Below are positions 1-12,600 of a stretch of DNA of 64,000 nt, one piece after another; the first letter of the stretch is position 1; each line of letters begins with the position of its first letter. Below the pieces are notes generated by a model. It was not told the DNA's origin. It saw only the letters and a list, made by a program, of their open reading frames with translations, and did no database searches. Source of the DNA: Azolla caroliniana (taxonomy: Eukaryota; Plantae; Polypodiophyta); contig JBHGNT010000001.1 in assembly GCA_043228905.1 (NCBI GenBank), positions 7,130,001 to 7,194,000 on the forward strand. Direction: 5' to 3'. The position numbers and the translations under genes are program-made.

Positions 1-1641
1 GTTTGAATTCGAGATATTCCACCGACCCGGCATACAGCATGCGGTAGCAGATTATTTAAGCCGGTTACATTCCGACGAAACCTGTGACAAAGTACCGGAC
101 GAGTTTCCGAATGCTGAGCTATTTCGAGTCACTGCGGAAACGGCAACAGATGAAACGGTGGCACCAAAAGATAAGTGGCTAACGAATATACACCAATTTC
201 TGAGCACTGGATTGCCTCCGGAGGAGATGAACCGGGACGAGAGGAAGCGCCTGGCGGTACAAAACCGGCACTTCTGTTTATTACAGGACACACTTTACCA
301 CAAAGGTGTGGACGGTATATGGCGACGAGCAGTGCGCAACGACGAGAAAGAGGTAATACTACAGGAAGAACACTACAGAGTCACCGGAGGCCATTATGCC
401 GGGGATGCTACGGTTAGGAAGATATGGCAAAGTGGCCTATGGTGGCCAACTACATTGAAGGACGCAGTCCGGTATGCGAAAGAGTGTGATCTATGCCAGC
501 GAATGGGCCAGTCAACGGAACAAGCTAGGATGCCGCACCAGCCAATACTACCGCTAGAACCATTTCAGAAATGGGGACTAGATTTTGTCAGACCATTTAA
601 ACCACCGGCAATGAGAACTGGCAACCGGTATGTGATCGTCGCGACGGATTACTACACTAAGTGGGTAGAAGCGAAAGCCTTACGAGATAACACCGCGGCG
701 TCAACGACAAAATTCTTATACGGATGCATTTGGTGCCGGTACGAATGCCCCATAGAGTTGATAAGCGACCAAGAGGGCACTTTCTTGGACAGGTAGTGGA
801 GAGCTTGACGTCATTCTATGCGGTAGTTCATAAACGGAGCACCCCGTACTACCCACAAGCCAACGGATTAGCGGAGTCAACAAACAAAACGTTACAGAAT
901 ATCTTGCGCAAGATCGTCAATGAGAATCAGATAGATTGGAACACGAAGCTGCACAGTGTGCTCTAGGCTTACCGGACAACGTACAAAACAAGCATCCAAA
1001 CAACGTCGTTCCGGTTAGCATTCAGATTAGAGGCAGTCATGCCAATCGAATTCCAGGTACCAAGCTTACGGATTCAAATTAGGGAACAACTCAATGAAAA
1101 AGAATCAGAGGCAATTCGGTTAAAGGCTCTGTGTGAGCTAGAGGAACACCGACTGGCGAGCATCATGCACCTGGAATTGGAACAACGGCAATAGAAAGCG
1201 TTTGTAGATCGGCACCGGAAGGGAAACGAGAAAATGTTCGAAATTGGCAAGCCGGTACTAGTGTTCCAGACCCGGATGGGTAAAATGCCAGGCAAACTAC
1301 GGTTAAGATGGACCAGACCATACTGGATCACACACGAGTTCAATGGATCCTACCAGTTAGGGACACTTGCTGGCGAAGTGCAGGGTAAATGGGTCAACGG
1401 ATTTAGACTAAAGCCATACAAAGGACCTATGCCCAAGAACCCATTTGAACGAAGGACCGCCGCCGAATCAGACGCTGGCAGGCCAACCACGACAGCAACC
1501 CGTGAGGAAAAAGGCTACCACGAAGCCGATAAGGGGGAGCACGAGCCGGCAACCAGGGAAAGCATAACAACGGCAAACCGTCAAGAGGCCGGCAAGGTGC
1601 GCGATTCGGGTAAGGGTCCGACAGGACCGGAGAAAAATTAA
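1..1641 (+). pseudogene. Gypsy pol C-terminus (integrase zinc-binding, core and GPY-type domains), disrupted
   Basis: ORF pieces 158-796, 724-966 and 1234-1641 with a frameshift near 780 and in-frame TAG stops. Confidence 0.9.
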
Positions 1642-2986
1642 CCACACAAGTAACTTTACAAAAAAATACAAAAATACAAAATCAAATAAATCATGGAAAG
1701 GAGTGGTGGAAACGGCCATGCAAACGAGGAGTAAAGAGGCACGTCGAAAAGGTACGAGGGGCAATGCTATTATAGTACACAACCTGCACATGCGGAGGCT
1801 CGAAAAAGGCGCCAAGATCCAGAGAGAAAAACCCCCACGCATCGAGACCTTCTCCTATCGCGAACCAAGGAGAACAGACGCAAACAGATGCGTGAAGATC
1901 AATCGCCGAGAGCTCGCACACAGAGAACCCCCTCCCTCAGAACTTTCTCTCTCACACTCTCCCCACCACCAAACCTCGCCAACACTCTCCGACCTCGACG
2001 CAGAGATGGACTGCCAAACGTTGTCTGAAGCCGCCAACAAATGGCTACGGCAGCACGGACTGGAGGGTTTCTTAACGATCATGGAGGCGGTGCCACACAA
2101 GGAGGCCGAAAAGATTATCAAAAAAATCGACACAGAGGTGATCACGGAGGAGGCGATCCGTGCGTTAATAGGCCTTCCGGAGGGAGGCATCTACACGATC
2201 GACAATCCTACCTCCGAGCAACTCATCAAATATTTCGGTGAGTACTCTCTCGCCAACAAGGGCTACAGGACACAGGGCGGCGAAGATATGCTATTCCGCG
2301 AAATTGCCCGTGTGCTCCATGAGTTCGGCCACGTGTACCCTCAACCCCCCGTCATGCCTCAGAACCGAGCAGGCTTGATCATCGCAATGTACGAAGGGGT
2401 CAAGGTAGATTGGCCGGTGTTGATCGCCGATGGGCTGTGTACGGCGATTGATATAGTAAGAGGAAAGGACGGCAAGGAAGGCCGGAAAATATGGCATGCG
2501 GTGACGCAATGGCTCACCCTATTGGCGCCACCGATCGAGCCCGTCCAACCCAAGAAGCGGGGAAGAGCAACGGACGGCACCCCGAATCCTGCTTCGAAAC
2601 GGCAACAGTTGTTGGCCTCCAAGGCCACTAAGGGGAACACGACCGACGCAGAGAAGGTGGCAAAGGAATGCGCAAGCCGGAAGCGGCCGACGGACACACA
2701 CGAGGAGACACCGGCACGGCCCCTGACGAGCCCACTCCACCGACCGGTGCAGCAAGAAACGGACACCTTGGCAGCGAGAATGAATGTCGGGACTCAGGCA
2801 GAGGAAATGGAGGAAGAACCCACGGAACACCTCCAGCGACGGCCGGTGAAGAGCACCACTAAATCAGCCGGGAAGCGTTCGGACCCACAGAAGGATAGAA
2901 CGCCCGCAACTCACGCCAAGGGAGGCACCGAAACCGGTTCGGAGGGAACTGGTCACAGAAGTCCCTGCACAACAGGCAGCACCAGT

Positions 2987-3369
2987 TGTCATGATATGGC
3001 AAGACTCAAACCCATGACCTTATGCTACATGGGTCGAGCTCTTACCATTAGACTATGAATTGTAATTTGTAGGATATTATTTTCATTTATGCTTTATCAT
3101 AGAAAACTGATGTATATTCCAGATCTCGCACAAGGCATTGTTTTGAACCAAATTAGTTCAACGCCAGTCTTAAGCCTCCTTTTATAGTGTTTTTAGGAAT
3201 AATTCTGAAGCTTCTAGAATGTTCCAGAGAGATCTGGAATATACATCAGTTTTCTATGATAAAGCATAAATGAAAATAATATCCTACAAATTACAATTCA
3301 TAGTCTAATGGTAAGAGCTCGACCCATGTAGCATAAGGTCATGGGTTCGAGTCTTGCCATATCATGACA
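2987..3369. mobile_element. 383-bp palindromic (fold-back) insertion with TG..CA ends; solo-LTR-like or MITE-like
   Basis: 141-bp inverted arms 2987-3127 and 3229-3369 with one mismatch; 101-bp spacer; flanks CCAGT/CCGGC (5-bp TSD with two transitions); AT-rich inside a GC-rich ORF. Confidence 0.92.
3180..3224 (-). promoter_or_regulatory. Heat-shock element plus TATA box
   Basis: GAAgcTTCtaGAAtgTTC at 3207-3224 (four in-phase nGAAn units), 20 bp upstream of TATAAAA (3186-3180) on the minus strand. Confidence 0.7.
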
Positions 3370-5201
3370 CCGGCAAGTCCCGTAACTCAGGAGCCGGATA
3401 TACAAAAACCAACCGTCCCAGCCGGCCAAGACCAAGCAGACAAGGGGCGGCTAGCTGAAACACACTCAAAGCCGGAACGGCAAAGGGGTCAGCTAGCAGA
3501 ACATGAAGTGCAGCTCGACACAGTAAGGCGGGACTAGCCACCGGCGAGTGAACCCATTAACCAACCCTCCGTGCAAGCGCAACAACAGTGCACCGGCAGC
3601 CAATGGCTCCGGTGGATAGGAGAACAAATTGCCGGAGTAGTCGGATGCCATAGAGACGGAGGAAAGAGTGCAAACGGAACGGTTGCTCGTCACAACCGAT
3701 GAACTGGAGACGGCCCGGTCAAGGATCCGGTGCCTCAAACAAGACTTGGATCGGATCACGGGAGACATGGCCAAAATGGCCTTAACCGCAACGCATATCC
3801 ATGCACCGGTGACTCGGTTGATGAACAGAGGAATAAGACCCCAGAGACTCAAACTGTCCCGGAGAAAGATGCGGCGCAAGCCCAAGAGCTTGCGGAATTA
3901 CGAGATGAGCTCGCCGCACAAGAAGCATTACGGAGCCGCGAACGCGACTTGAAGAAGGCGGTCGAAGAAGAATTAAAAAAGACTGTTGAAAACCTTCACC
4001 GGGCAGAGGAAAACCTACGTAAAGGACATCATGCTTACGACCGGCTGAAGGAGGAAAAAGAGAAATTGCTGCAGGAAAAAGACAAGCTGAGACGGAAATC
4101 GAGAGGCTGAAGGAAGAGCTCCATCAACAGAAGGACCGGGAGGACCGCGCGCGCCGGCAGATCAACCAAAGGCTGAAGCAGAAGACCGATGATTTCAATC
4201 ATCTGCATCGGGACTACTAGCAGCTGGAGACGGAGTATAAGCAACAACAGGAACGGATGGTTGAGCTCCAGCAAGAAGTTGATAGGGCCACAACGGCACT
4301 CACCGAAGAACGAGCTGAGAGTTCCAAGCTATTGGAGGAAGCGGCGAACGACCAGATGGAGCTCCACAAACAAAACCATGAAGACAAGGAAAGAGCGACA
4401 ATGGTATTACAGAGGTTGCAAACAACCTATCAAACTCAATTGTCGCATTATAGGGAGCAGGAGGTGGACACGGTCCGGATCATCAAGCAATTGAAAGAAG
4501 AGCGACAAGCCGCAGAAAATAAATCACGGATGGGAGCCGAACGGATCCAGTGCATCCTCCGGTCATGGCTCACTAAGACCAAAAGCTTGATTGACGACAG
4601 CTCTGTGCGTTGGTGGGCGAAATGGGTGCAAAATACAGCGGAACTCCAACTACTCAGGGCGGACGTGGAAAACCGGCGGAAGGAGGGCGACGACTGTTAT
4701 ACGCTGACCTCAGAGGACTTCACCACCATAAGGGATGAGCTGGCTAAAGATTTCACAGCCCTGGTGGAGAAACAATTGGTACAGGTTTGGCAGCTCGTAG
4801 CTCAACTGGACGACGATCAGCTGGAGGCTCAAATCCAGTTCGAAAGCTATGAGCAGTCCCGGCTTCGAGAAGAAAAAGCGAGAAAGGCGGCAACGGTCAA
4901 CCTTAGTGATGAGGAACCGTCGTTGGTACTAGGACCAGACGGGGACCAGGCCTGGGTCAGTCAGCCAGAGACAAGTTCAACGAAGGAAACGTCGGTGCCA
5001 GAGCAACAAACGGAGCCGCAGCCCCAAATGGAGGAGGCACAAACGGAGCAGCCACAACCACAAAAGGAACAACATCAACAACAGATTCCCGACGAGCCAT
5101 TGGAAATTTTGGAGCAAAGCATTCTGGACATTTTGGACGAAGCGTAAAAGGGCCGGATAATGGGTTCGACGTACAAGGTACTGTCCCACGGGCGTGCCAT
5201 G

Positions 5202-5662
5202 TGTTACTGGCTGGCAAGAAGGCTTAAGGAGGTCCAAACCAAAGTGTGAAAGGAATAGTTTATTCGGGAACTGTTGTAATTAGTAGTCTTAAAATATATA
5301 GTAATTTATGAGAAGATATGGACGGACGGACCGGAATCGGTATGCCGATCGGGATCCGGACTGATCCCGAAAAGGTGCTTGTTGGCACCATTTTGTATTT
5401 CGCACCGGAGACCTATATAAAGGCCCGGTTACAATGCAATCAAGAGCGGATAATTAATAGAACTTATTGCTTTAATCTTTCAGCATTGATTACCGTTCTG
5501 TGCTTATTATTGTATCTTGCGCATGTTAATGATGTGTTGCTAAGTAATCGATTAAGGTCTCATTAAGCGTTGTGTCGTAAGTCATTCTGTCGTACCACCC
5601 TTTGGTGAAGTGTCTTAAGTGGACACCCTGTGTTAGGCTGTTGTCCGGCCCTAGGATTAATA
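5202..5662 (+). repeat. 3' LTR of the first Gypsy element
   Basis: Begins TGTTA at 5202 (alternative start TGTTG at 5272), has CCTATATAAAGG near 5412, ends ..ATTAATA (decayed AACA) immediately before Copia coding sequence. Confidence 0.7.
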
Positions 5663-8361
5663 GTGGCTGCAGATTCTATGTAACCTTTATTGATGATTGC
5701 TCAAGGAAAACATGGGTGTACTTCATGAAAGAGAAAAGTGAAGTGTTTGAATGTTTTCGTAAGTTCAAATGCATGGTAGAAAAGCAGGCAGGTACAAGAA
5801 TAAAATGTTTAAGATCTGATGGAGGAGGAGAGTATTTCTCCAATGAATTTTCGGATTTTCTATGCAATCAGGGAATAAGAAGATAGTTCACATGTAGATA
5901 TACTCCACAGCAAAATGGAGTTGCTGAGAGGAAAAACAGAACATTGGTGAACATTGCAAAGGCTTTGATGACAAAGAAGAATATGTCATTGTACTATTGG
6001 GCAAAAGCTGTAAATACAACAAATTATATTCTAAATAGATGTATAACATCGGGAGTACATGAAGCAACTCCTAAAGAGTGTTTCTATGGAAGGAAACCTA
6101 GTTTAGAACACTTAAAAGTGTTTGGATGCCTTGCATATGTACATGTGCCTGTAGAAGTAAAAAGTAAGTTGGATCCAAAAGCAGAAAAATGTATTCTTGT
6201 TGGCTATTCAAACGAACAAAAAGGGTATAGATGTTATAACCCTATAACAAAGAAGATTGTGACAAGTAGGGATGTAATCTTTGATGAGTTAGCCAGCTGG
6301 TACAGTCCAAAATAGAATCCAGAGACTGATGAAGACAATGAGATTGAAGACAGAGACAAATTTAAAAATGTAGAAGACTGCAACAGAGATGGAAGCAAGG
6401 TTGGACAGCAAAGTCCAACATCAACAAAATGTTCTGGACCATCAAAAAGCTCAGATGGTAAATCTGATTCGAATTCTTGGAGTGGAAAAAGTGAAGGACA
6501 CAAAAAATATGATGATAAAAAAGGAAAACAAAAAATGCCAGAGTATGAAATGTTGGATGACTTGTCTAAAAACATGGAAGATGAGGATTCAGATATGTCA
6601 TTGGATGATTTTCTTGGTATAAGAAGATTGAAAATCCCTGGTATGGTAAAAGCATTGAAGGATGCAAATAAAAAACTGAGAAGATCAGATAGAGAGAAAA
6701 AAATTGTTGAAAGATTTGGTTATGATACATATATGTCTATGCATTATGCATATATGTCTAAGGTGGTACAGATCCCTGATCCAAGTAGTTTTGATGAGGC
6801 TAAAACTGAGAAGAAATGGGTGGATGCAATGCAAGAAGAGATTGATGCATTGGCTGAAAACAGAACATGGGATTTGGTGAAGTTACCAAAAGGAAAAAAT
6901 GCGGTAGGTTGCAAATGGGTCTACAAGACAAAGCATGATTCCAGTGGGAATGTAAGTAGACATAAAGCAAGATTGGTTGCAAAGGGATATGCCCAAATGC
7001 AAGGAATTGATTATGATGAGACATTTGCACCGGTTGCAAAGATGGCAACATTGAGGACATTACTGGTTGTAGGTGCAGCCAGAAGATGGTTTCTTCATCA
7101 TATGGATGTAAAAAATGCCTTTTTACATGGTAACTTGGAAGAAGAAGTGTATATGTGTCAACCACTAGGTTTTGAAGATAGGAAGCATCCAGATTATGTA
7201 TGTAAGCTGAAAAAGGCTCTCTATGGACTGAAACTGGCACCAAGAGCATGACACAGAGAACTTTCAGATTATCTGAAAAAACTTGACTTCAAAATGTCAA
7301 AGGTTGATTCATCATTGTATGTTAAAAGGAAAGATGATTGTATTGTTGTGATTCTGATTTATGTTGATGATCTCATCATTGGAGGTGATTCCATGGATGA
7401 AATAAGTAAGTTGAAAAGAAATTTGGAAATGCAGTTTCATATGAAAGATTTGGGAGATCTGAGATATTTTTTGGGTATTGAAATCACCAGATCTGAAAGT
7501 GGTATATATGTGTTGCAAAGACAATATGCAACAACTATGTTGAAAAAGTATGGTATGCTTGGATGCAAACCTATTGGAGTACCACTAGATAAAAACTGCA
7601 AATTGAGGGCTGATTTGGGAGCCAAAATAGAAGATGTAAACATGTATAGGTCTATGGTGGGCAGCCTTATTTATTTGACCATAACAAGACCTGATTTGAG
7701 TTATGCATTTGGATTAGTCAGCCAATTTATGCAACAACCAACAAAGCCGCATTTGGACTGCATTAGAAGAATTCTGAGGTATGTAAAAGCTACTCAGAAC
7801 TATGGATTGTTTTATAGGGCTGATTTGGACATAAATCTGGAAGGATATACAGATGTTGATTGGGCTGGAAGCCAAACAGATAGAAGATCCACAAGTGGAT
7901 GTATGTTTACATTGGGAAGTGCAGGTATTTCATGGAGTAGCAAGAAACAAGCTATTGTTGCATTGTCTAGTACTAAAGCTGAGTACAGAGGAGTTGCCAT
8001 AGCCACTTGTGAAGAGGTATGGATCAGAAGATTGCTTGCTGATTTGGGAGAGTATATAGATGGTACTGTCATAATCTGGTGTGACAATATGAGCAACATT
8101 CAGCTTGCAAAAAACCCAGTGTTCCATGCAAGAACAAAGCACATTGAAGTGCATTATCACTTTGTTAAAGAAAAAGTGATTGAAGGAGAAGTTGATCTGG
8201 TGTATGTGAATACAAATCAGCATGTTGCTGATATTCTCACAAAGGGATTGAGTGTGGAAAAGCATACACAGTTTCGGAACATGATGGGAGTTGTAGACAC
8301 TGATATGATGGCTGAAAAGCATCATGGAAAAGAAGTTGTAGATAACCCCAAGAAAGGATAA
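5663..8361 (+). pseudogene. Copia pol (integrase core, RT, RNase H)
   Basis: [43 protein letters not shown] in one frame with three premature stops (about 5884, 6313, 7249). Confidence 0.95.
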
Positions 8362-8379
8362 GTTGAGCTTGAGGGGGAG

Positions 8380-8818
8380 TGTTGAGAAACAAGCTCAACA
8401 TGGTATGTGATGCTTATTGGGAAATAAGCTATAATAGCTATTTAGCTACTTGTGAACAAAAAGGAGAAATAGCTAATTAGCTACTGACAGCTATTTAGCG
8501 ACTGACAACTAATTAGTTGCATGTGTAAGTAACTTATTACTTAGGTTAAAAAGTAAGAGAGTAGGTAAGTAAGAAATATACAGGAAGTAGAACTCTGAGA
8601 GAGAGTGTGAGGATAGAGAGGAAGAACTCAGAAAGTGAGAGTAGAAGAGAGAAACAGACGAGCGCAAGTAGAGCTCTGCGTGTAATGAAATAGAAGAAGT
8701 TTTGGTTGCTACAGAGGTAAGTCTCCTTCCCCCTTCCCTTCTGTGTTTGAGCACCAAACGATCCAACACACCACGATCCGCCGCGCACATAAGAAGAGCC
8801 CGAGTGCCTTCTTCACGT
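8380..8818 (+). repeat. Copia 3' LTR, main part (last 10 bp displaced to 16130-16139)
   Basis: Starts TGTTG right after the PPT; terminal inverted match TCTTAACA appears after the nested Gypsy. Confidence 0.85.
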
Positions 8819-9611
8819 TGTCTAGATATTACGCAAGTGCGTGTGGAAACGAGGCGGGACCGCGGGGGTCTCGAACCAAAGAGCAAGCGAGGGAGGAGGA
8901 AGAGAGAGAACCGGCTACGCAGGACCGGGGATACACAGGGACACGGCCCTTCAGCACGGAGAACGCGAACAGACACCGACACAGACAGATGCGAATGACT
9001 AAATATGTATATTAACAAAAATGGCTAACACGACTACAACCCTCGATGGGGCACAGGTTGGCTACAACCGAACAGGCCGGCGAACAGATGCCGATGCTTG
9101 TTCGCTTCGACGCACAAAGGGGGAGCAGGTCGGAGGTGCTGCCGGAAGCACTCGGGCGTTCCTCGAAACAGCGCGAGCCTCCTCGGAACCCTGCACAGAA
9201 AAGCTATGGAGCTCAAGAAGGAAGGAAACAGAGAGAGAAGCGTCCAGAAACGGTCTGGCAGCACTTCGTCCTCTCTGCGCGAGATGCCTGCAACAGCTCT
9301 TTCTTGCTCCTTATATAGGCTGACGAGCAGGCCGTCATGTCAGCTTTATTCCCTGTCCCTTTTGGACAGGGATCCGCTCCGTTCTTCACGCATCCGCGTA
9401 GTTACGCCGCCGACTCGTACAGTTCCTTAGCTCGCGCGCGCGACCGAAAAGACTGTTCGCGCGGTCTTTGTCTCCACTTGTGTTAGGGCCCGTTCCTGCC
9501 GATTATCCTCCTAATTCGCTTCTATGTACAACTTGGAGCGTGCGCGCGTGAAGAACCGGTTCCCACGCCTTGGTGCGCTGATTCCGCCTATGGACGGTTT
9601 TCTTCACGACA
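8819..9611 (-). repeat. 3' LTR of the nested Gypsy
   Basis: Direct repeat of 15333-16125; next to the PPT AGGTGGGGGCGGA (9624-9612). Confidence 0.97.
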
Positions 9612-9682
9612 TCCGCCCCCACCTAACCGCGCATCCTCCGGTATGCGCCAAGAGAGTTGGGACGGAGAAAACCGGCCCGTCT

Positions 9683-12600
9683 TCATTCCTCACCCGTCGG
9701 TTCTTCCTCGTTTTCGGATCGTTCATCACTGCTGACTAGGAGAGCCGGGTCTGGCTCGTCGTCGTGTCGCTTCTTGAACGCTTTGATCCGCTTCCCTGCA
9801 ACCGGTATCGCCATTCTCGTGCCGTCTAGTTCCGCCAGGTGATATGTCCCGTTGTCATTGGCGCTCCACACCACGTAAGGCCCGAACCACCTTCGTGCGA
9901 ACTTCCGTGTAGCTCGGTGCTGGTTGTCGAGGCTGCTGTCGTAGACGAGCACCCAGTCACCTTCGTCGATTTTCTTCGGTCGGAGCCGGTGCGTTCGGTC
10001 GAACCTGGCTTTGTTCTTTGTCCTCGCCACCCGGAGCTTCTCCGCAGCCAGTTCCACGTCCTCCGGTCTCCGCTCGAGCTGTCGTATACGCGCGGCCAAC
10101 AACTCCTCCCGGCTCATCTCGTCCCTCCAGTCGACCGTTGCCCACGAGGAGATCGTCCGTTCTATCGGCATGATCGGCTTCTGGCCGAACATGAGCTCCG
10201 TCGGCATGTACCCGGTTACCGAACTGTGCGTGGTCCGGTCTGCCCACAAAGCATAAGGTAGCAGCCGCGGCCAGTTACCGACTTGGCCTCCGCATGCTCG
10301 AACCAGCGCCTTGACGATCGGTCCGTGTCCGCGCTCCACCTTTCCATTCGCCTCCACCTTGTACGCAGTGGTGAGCGAGAGCTTGACTCCCAGCCGGTCG
10401 AACAGCTCCGCGGCTTCTTCGGCGTCCAACTCCCCTCGGTCAACCACGATCTTCCCGACGCACCCGTACCGGCATATCACGTCCTCGATTAGGAACCGAC
10501 ATACGGCCGCGGTCGTTTTGTTCGGAAGGGCCCGGCCTTCCACCTGGTTCGTCAGATCCTCCCGCGCTAGGACCAGGTACCGCATCTGTCCTACCCCCAT
10601 TGGCATCGTCACCAGATCTACCATCCATTTGAAGTGGATGGTCGGAGGGTACGTAGGGTGAAGCTCGTCCCGGTGTCGGACCACGGAGTGCATCTGACAG
10701 CTCTCGCAAGTTGTCACTAATCGATGCACGTCCCGGTACAGTCCCGGCCAGCAGTACTTCTCCTTTATCTTCTCGAACGTGGCCCAAGTTCCACGGTGTC
10801 CGGCCCAAGGGCTGTCGTGGTAGGCCGTCAGCAGCTCCTCCTGTTCTTCCTTCATCGCCACCACCCGGAGCGGAGCGCCGTCCCTCTTCTTCGGGTGCTT
10901 CCATAGATAGCCATCCCGGAGAAAGAACCGGTACGCTTTCTTCCGGATCCGGTTGGCCTCGTCTTTCGTCCATGACGCATCCGGCGCCATTGTCCTCAAG
11001 AACCCGCCGATCTGCAGCCACTCCCCGTCGTACTTGCTCGCGTCGAAGTCGTTAAGCGCCGGAGTGCTCGTCCCGCCGGTTGTTACGTATGCTGCCTCGA
11101 AGAAGTCCACGCCGACCTCTTCGTCCTCCGAAACCATGCCGCCCTCGTCATCGAATCTCGCCCTTGAAAGCATGTCGGCCATGGCGTTGTCTTTCCCGGA
11201 AATGTGTCGTATTTCCGGGTCCAGGGACTTGATGTACGCTATCCACCTGAGCATTGCCAGGTCCGGCGTCGCGCATCCGGAAACCATGCCGAGAATCGGC
11301 ATGCAATCCGTCTCTATGATTACCTCTGTCCCGATCAGATAGTCCTTGTCGGCCTTCACCGCCGAAACGATACCCCAGAGTTCGCGTTTAACCTGGGCGT
11401 ATCCTCGCTGCCGCTCACTGAGGACCTTCGCGCCGAATCGGATCGGGAACCGATTGCCGTCCTCGTCTTCTTGGTTGACGACCCACCCGATTCCGGTCGG
11501 ACTCGTGTCAACCGTTATGTACACTGGGGTGCCCTTCCTGTAGACGGCCTTTCGGAGCGCCGGTGCTGCCGAAAGAGCCTCCTTCAGCTTCCGGACCGAC
11601 TCCGTGTGCTTGTCTAGCCATTCGAATCTTCGCCCTTTCTTCAATAATCCGTACAGCGGCTCCGCGACGTGCGCGTAATGCGGGATCCATATGTGGTAGA
11701 AGGCGCATGCTCCCAAGAATCTTCGTACTTCCGTGACCGAGCTGCAATCAGGCTTCATCGCGGAGATGGCTTCTACCTTTGCCGGAGACGGTTTCCGGCC
11801 ATATGGTCCACATAAATGTCCGACCACCATGATTTCCGACTGCCCGAAGGCTGATTTCTCCCCCGAGAAGGTGAGCCTCGCAGCCTCTAGCCTTTGCAGC
11901 ACCTTCTCGCAGTCGTCGATGTGCGTCGCCACGAATCGCCGGCATCCGTCCGGCCCGATCGTCTCGTCCTTTTCTGCTACCGGGCATCCCTTGATCGGGA
12001 TGTCGTCCAGAAACGGCATGGTGATGTCCGGGATGCAGTCCCTCAGAACCTTGTTCATCGCATTCACCATGTGGGCCACCGAGTTGGTCCCTCCTTGCGG
12101 CAGCGTACACATCCGCACTAGGCCGAGGGGAGTTCGCATCGTCGTAATGTCTCTGCTCTCCACGGCTAGCTGGAACTGGTCGTACCCTGAGTATAGATCA
12201 CCGACCGAGTAAATCGACCTTCCGGCGAAGGCCTCCGCGAACTCGTCTATGGTCGGTCCAATCCCTGCGTTCCGAATGGTCACCCTATTGACCGGTTGCA
12301 GGTCCTGAATGAAGCGCAATGATCCGTTTTTCTTTGGTACAGTAAACCATCGGTTTGAATACGGGGCGCTCGACGGCTTGAGAATGCCCATATCAACTTT
12401 CTGCTTCAACAGCTCCATCAACTTCGGGATGTGAGCTCTCGGAACCGGAATTGGCTTGAGATTCCACGGTACATGCGGTACCGTGAATATCACCATCGGC
12501 TCTACGATCGTCGGGTTTACGCACCCGATTTCCTCCGGTGAGAATGCGAAGGCTTTCCCGTGCCTTCCGAGCATTCTCCGAAACCGGTCTTCCTCCGCCG

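Larger units (their letters stand above)
1703..5147 (+). pseudogene. Additional 3' ORF of the Gypsy element (globular N-terminus, low-complexity linker, long coiled coil), disrupted
   Basis: ORF pieces 1703-3058, 3730-4110 and 4257-5147; one frame reads ..EVPAQQAAPASPVTQEP.. once 2987-3369 and one TSD copy are removed. Confidence 0.75.
1..5662 (+). mobile_element. Ty3/Gypsy LTR retrotransposon, non-chromovirus (Athila/Tat-like), 3' part; 5' part lies outside the window
   Basis: Integrase (GGHYAG..CDLCQR, WGLDFV, YPQANGLAE), long extra ORF after pol, and a 3' LTR whose end abuts Copia integrase sequence at 5663. Confidence 0.9.

Noticed and set aside
2987-3369. Functional tRNA gene or miRNA precursor
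   Set aside because: No proper acceptor or anticodon stems; TG..CA ends, a TSD and ORF interruption indicate a mobile insertion
8509-9430. Several 70-170 aa ORFs repeated at 15149-15944
   Set aside because: They lie within the GC-rich LTRs; the repetition is just the LTR duplication and no domains are recognisable
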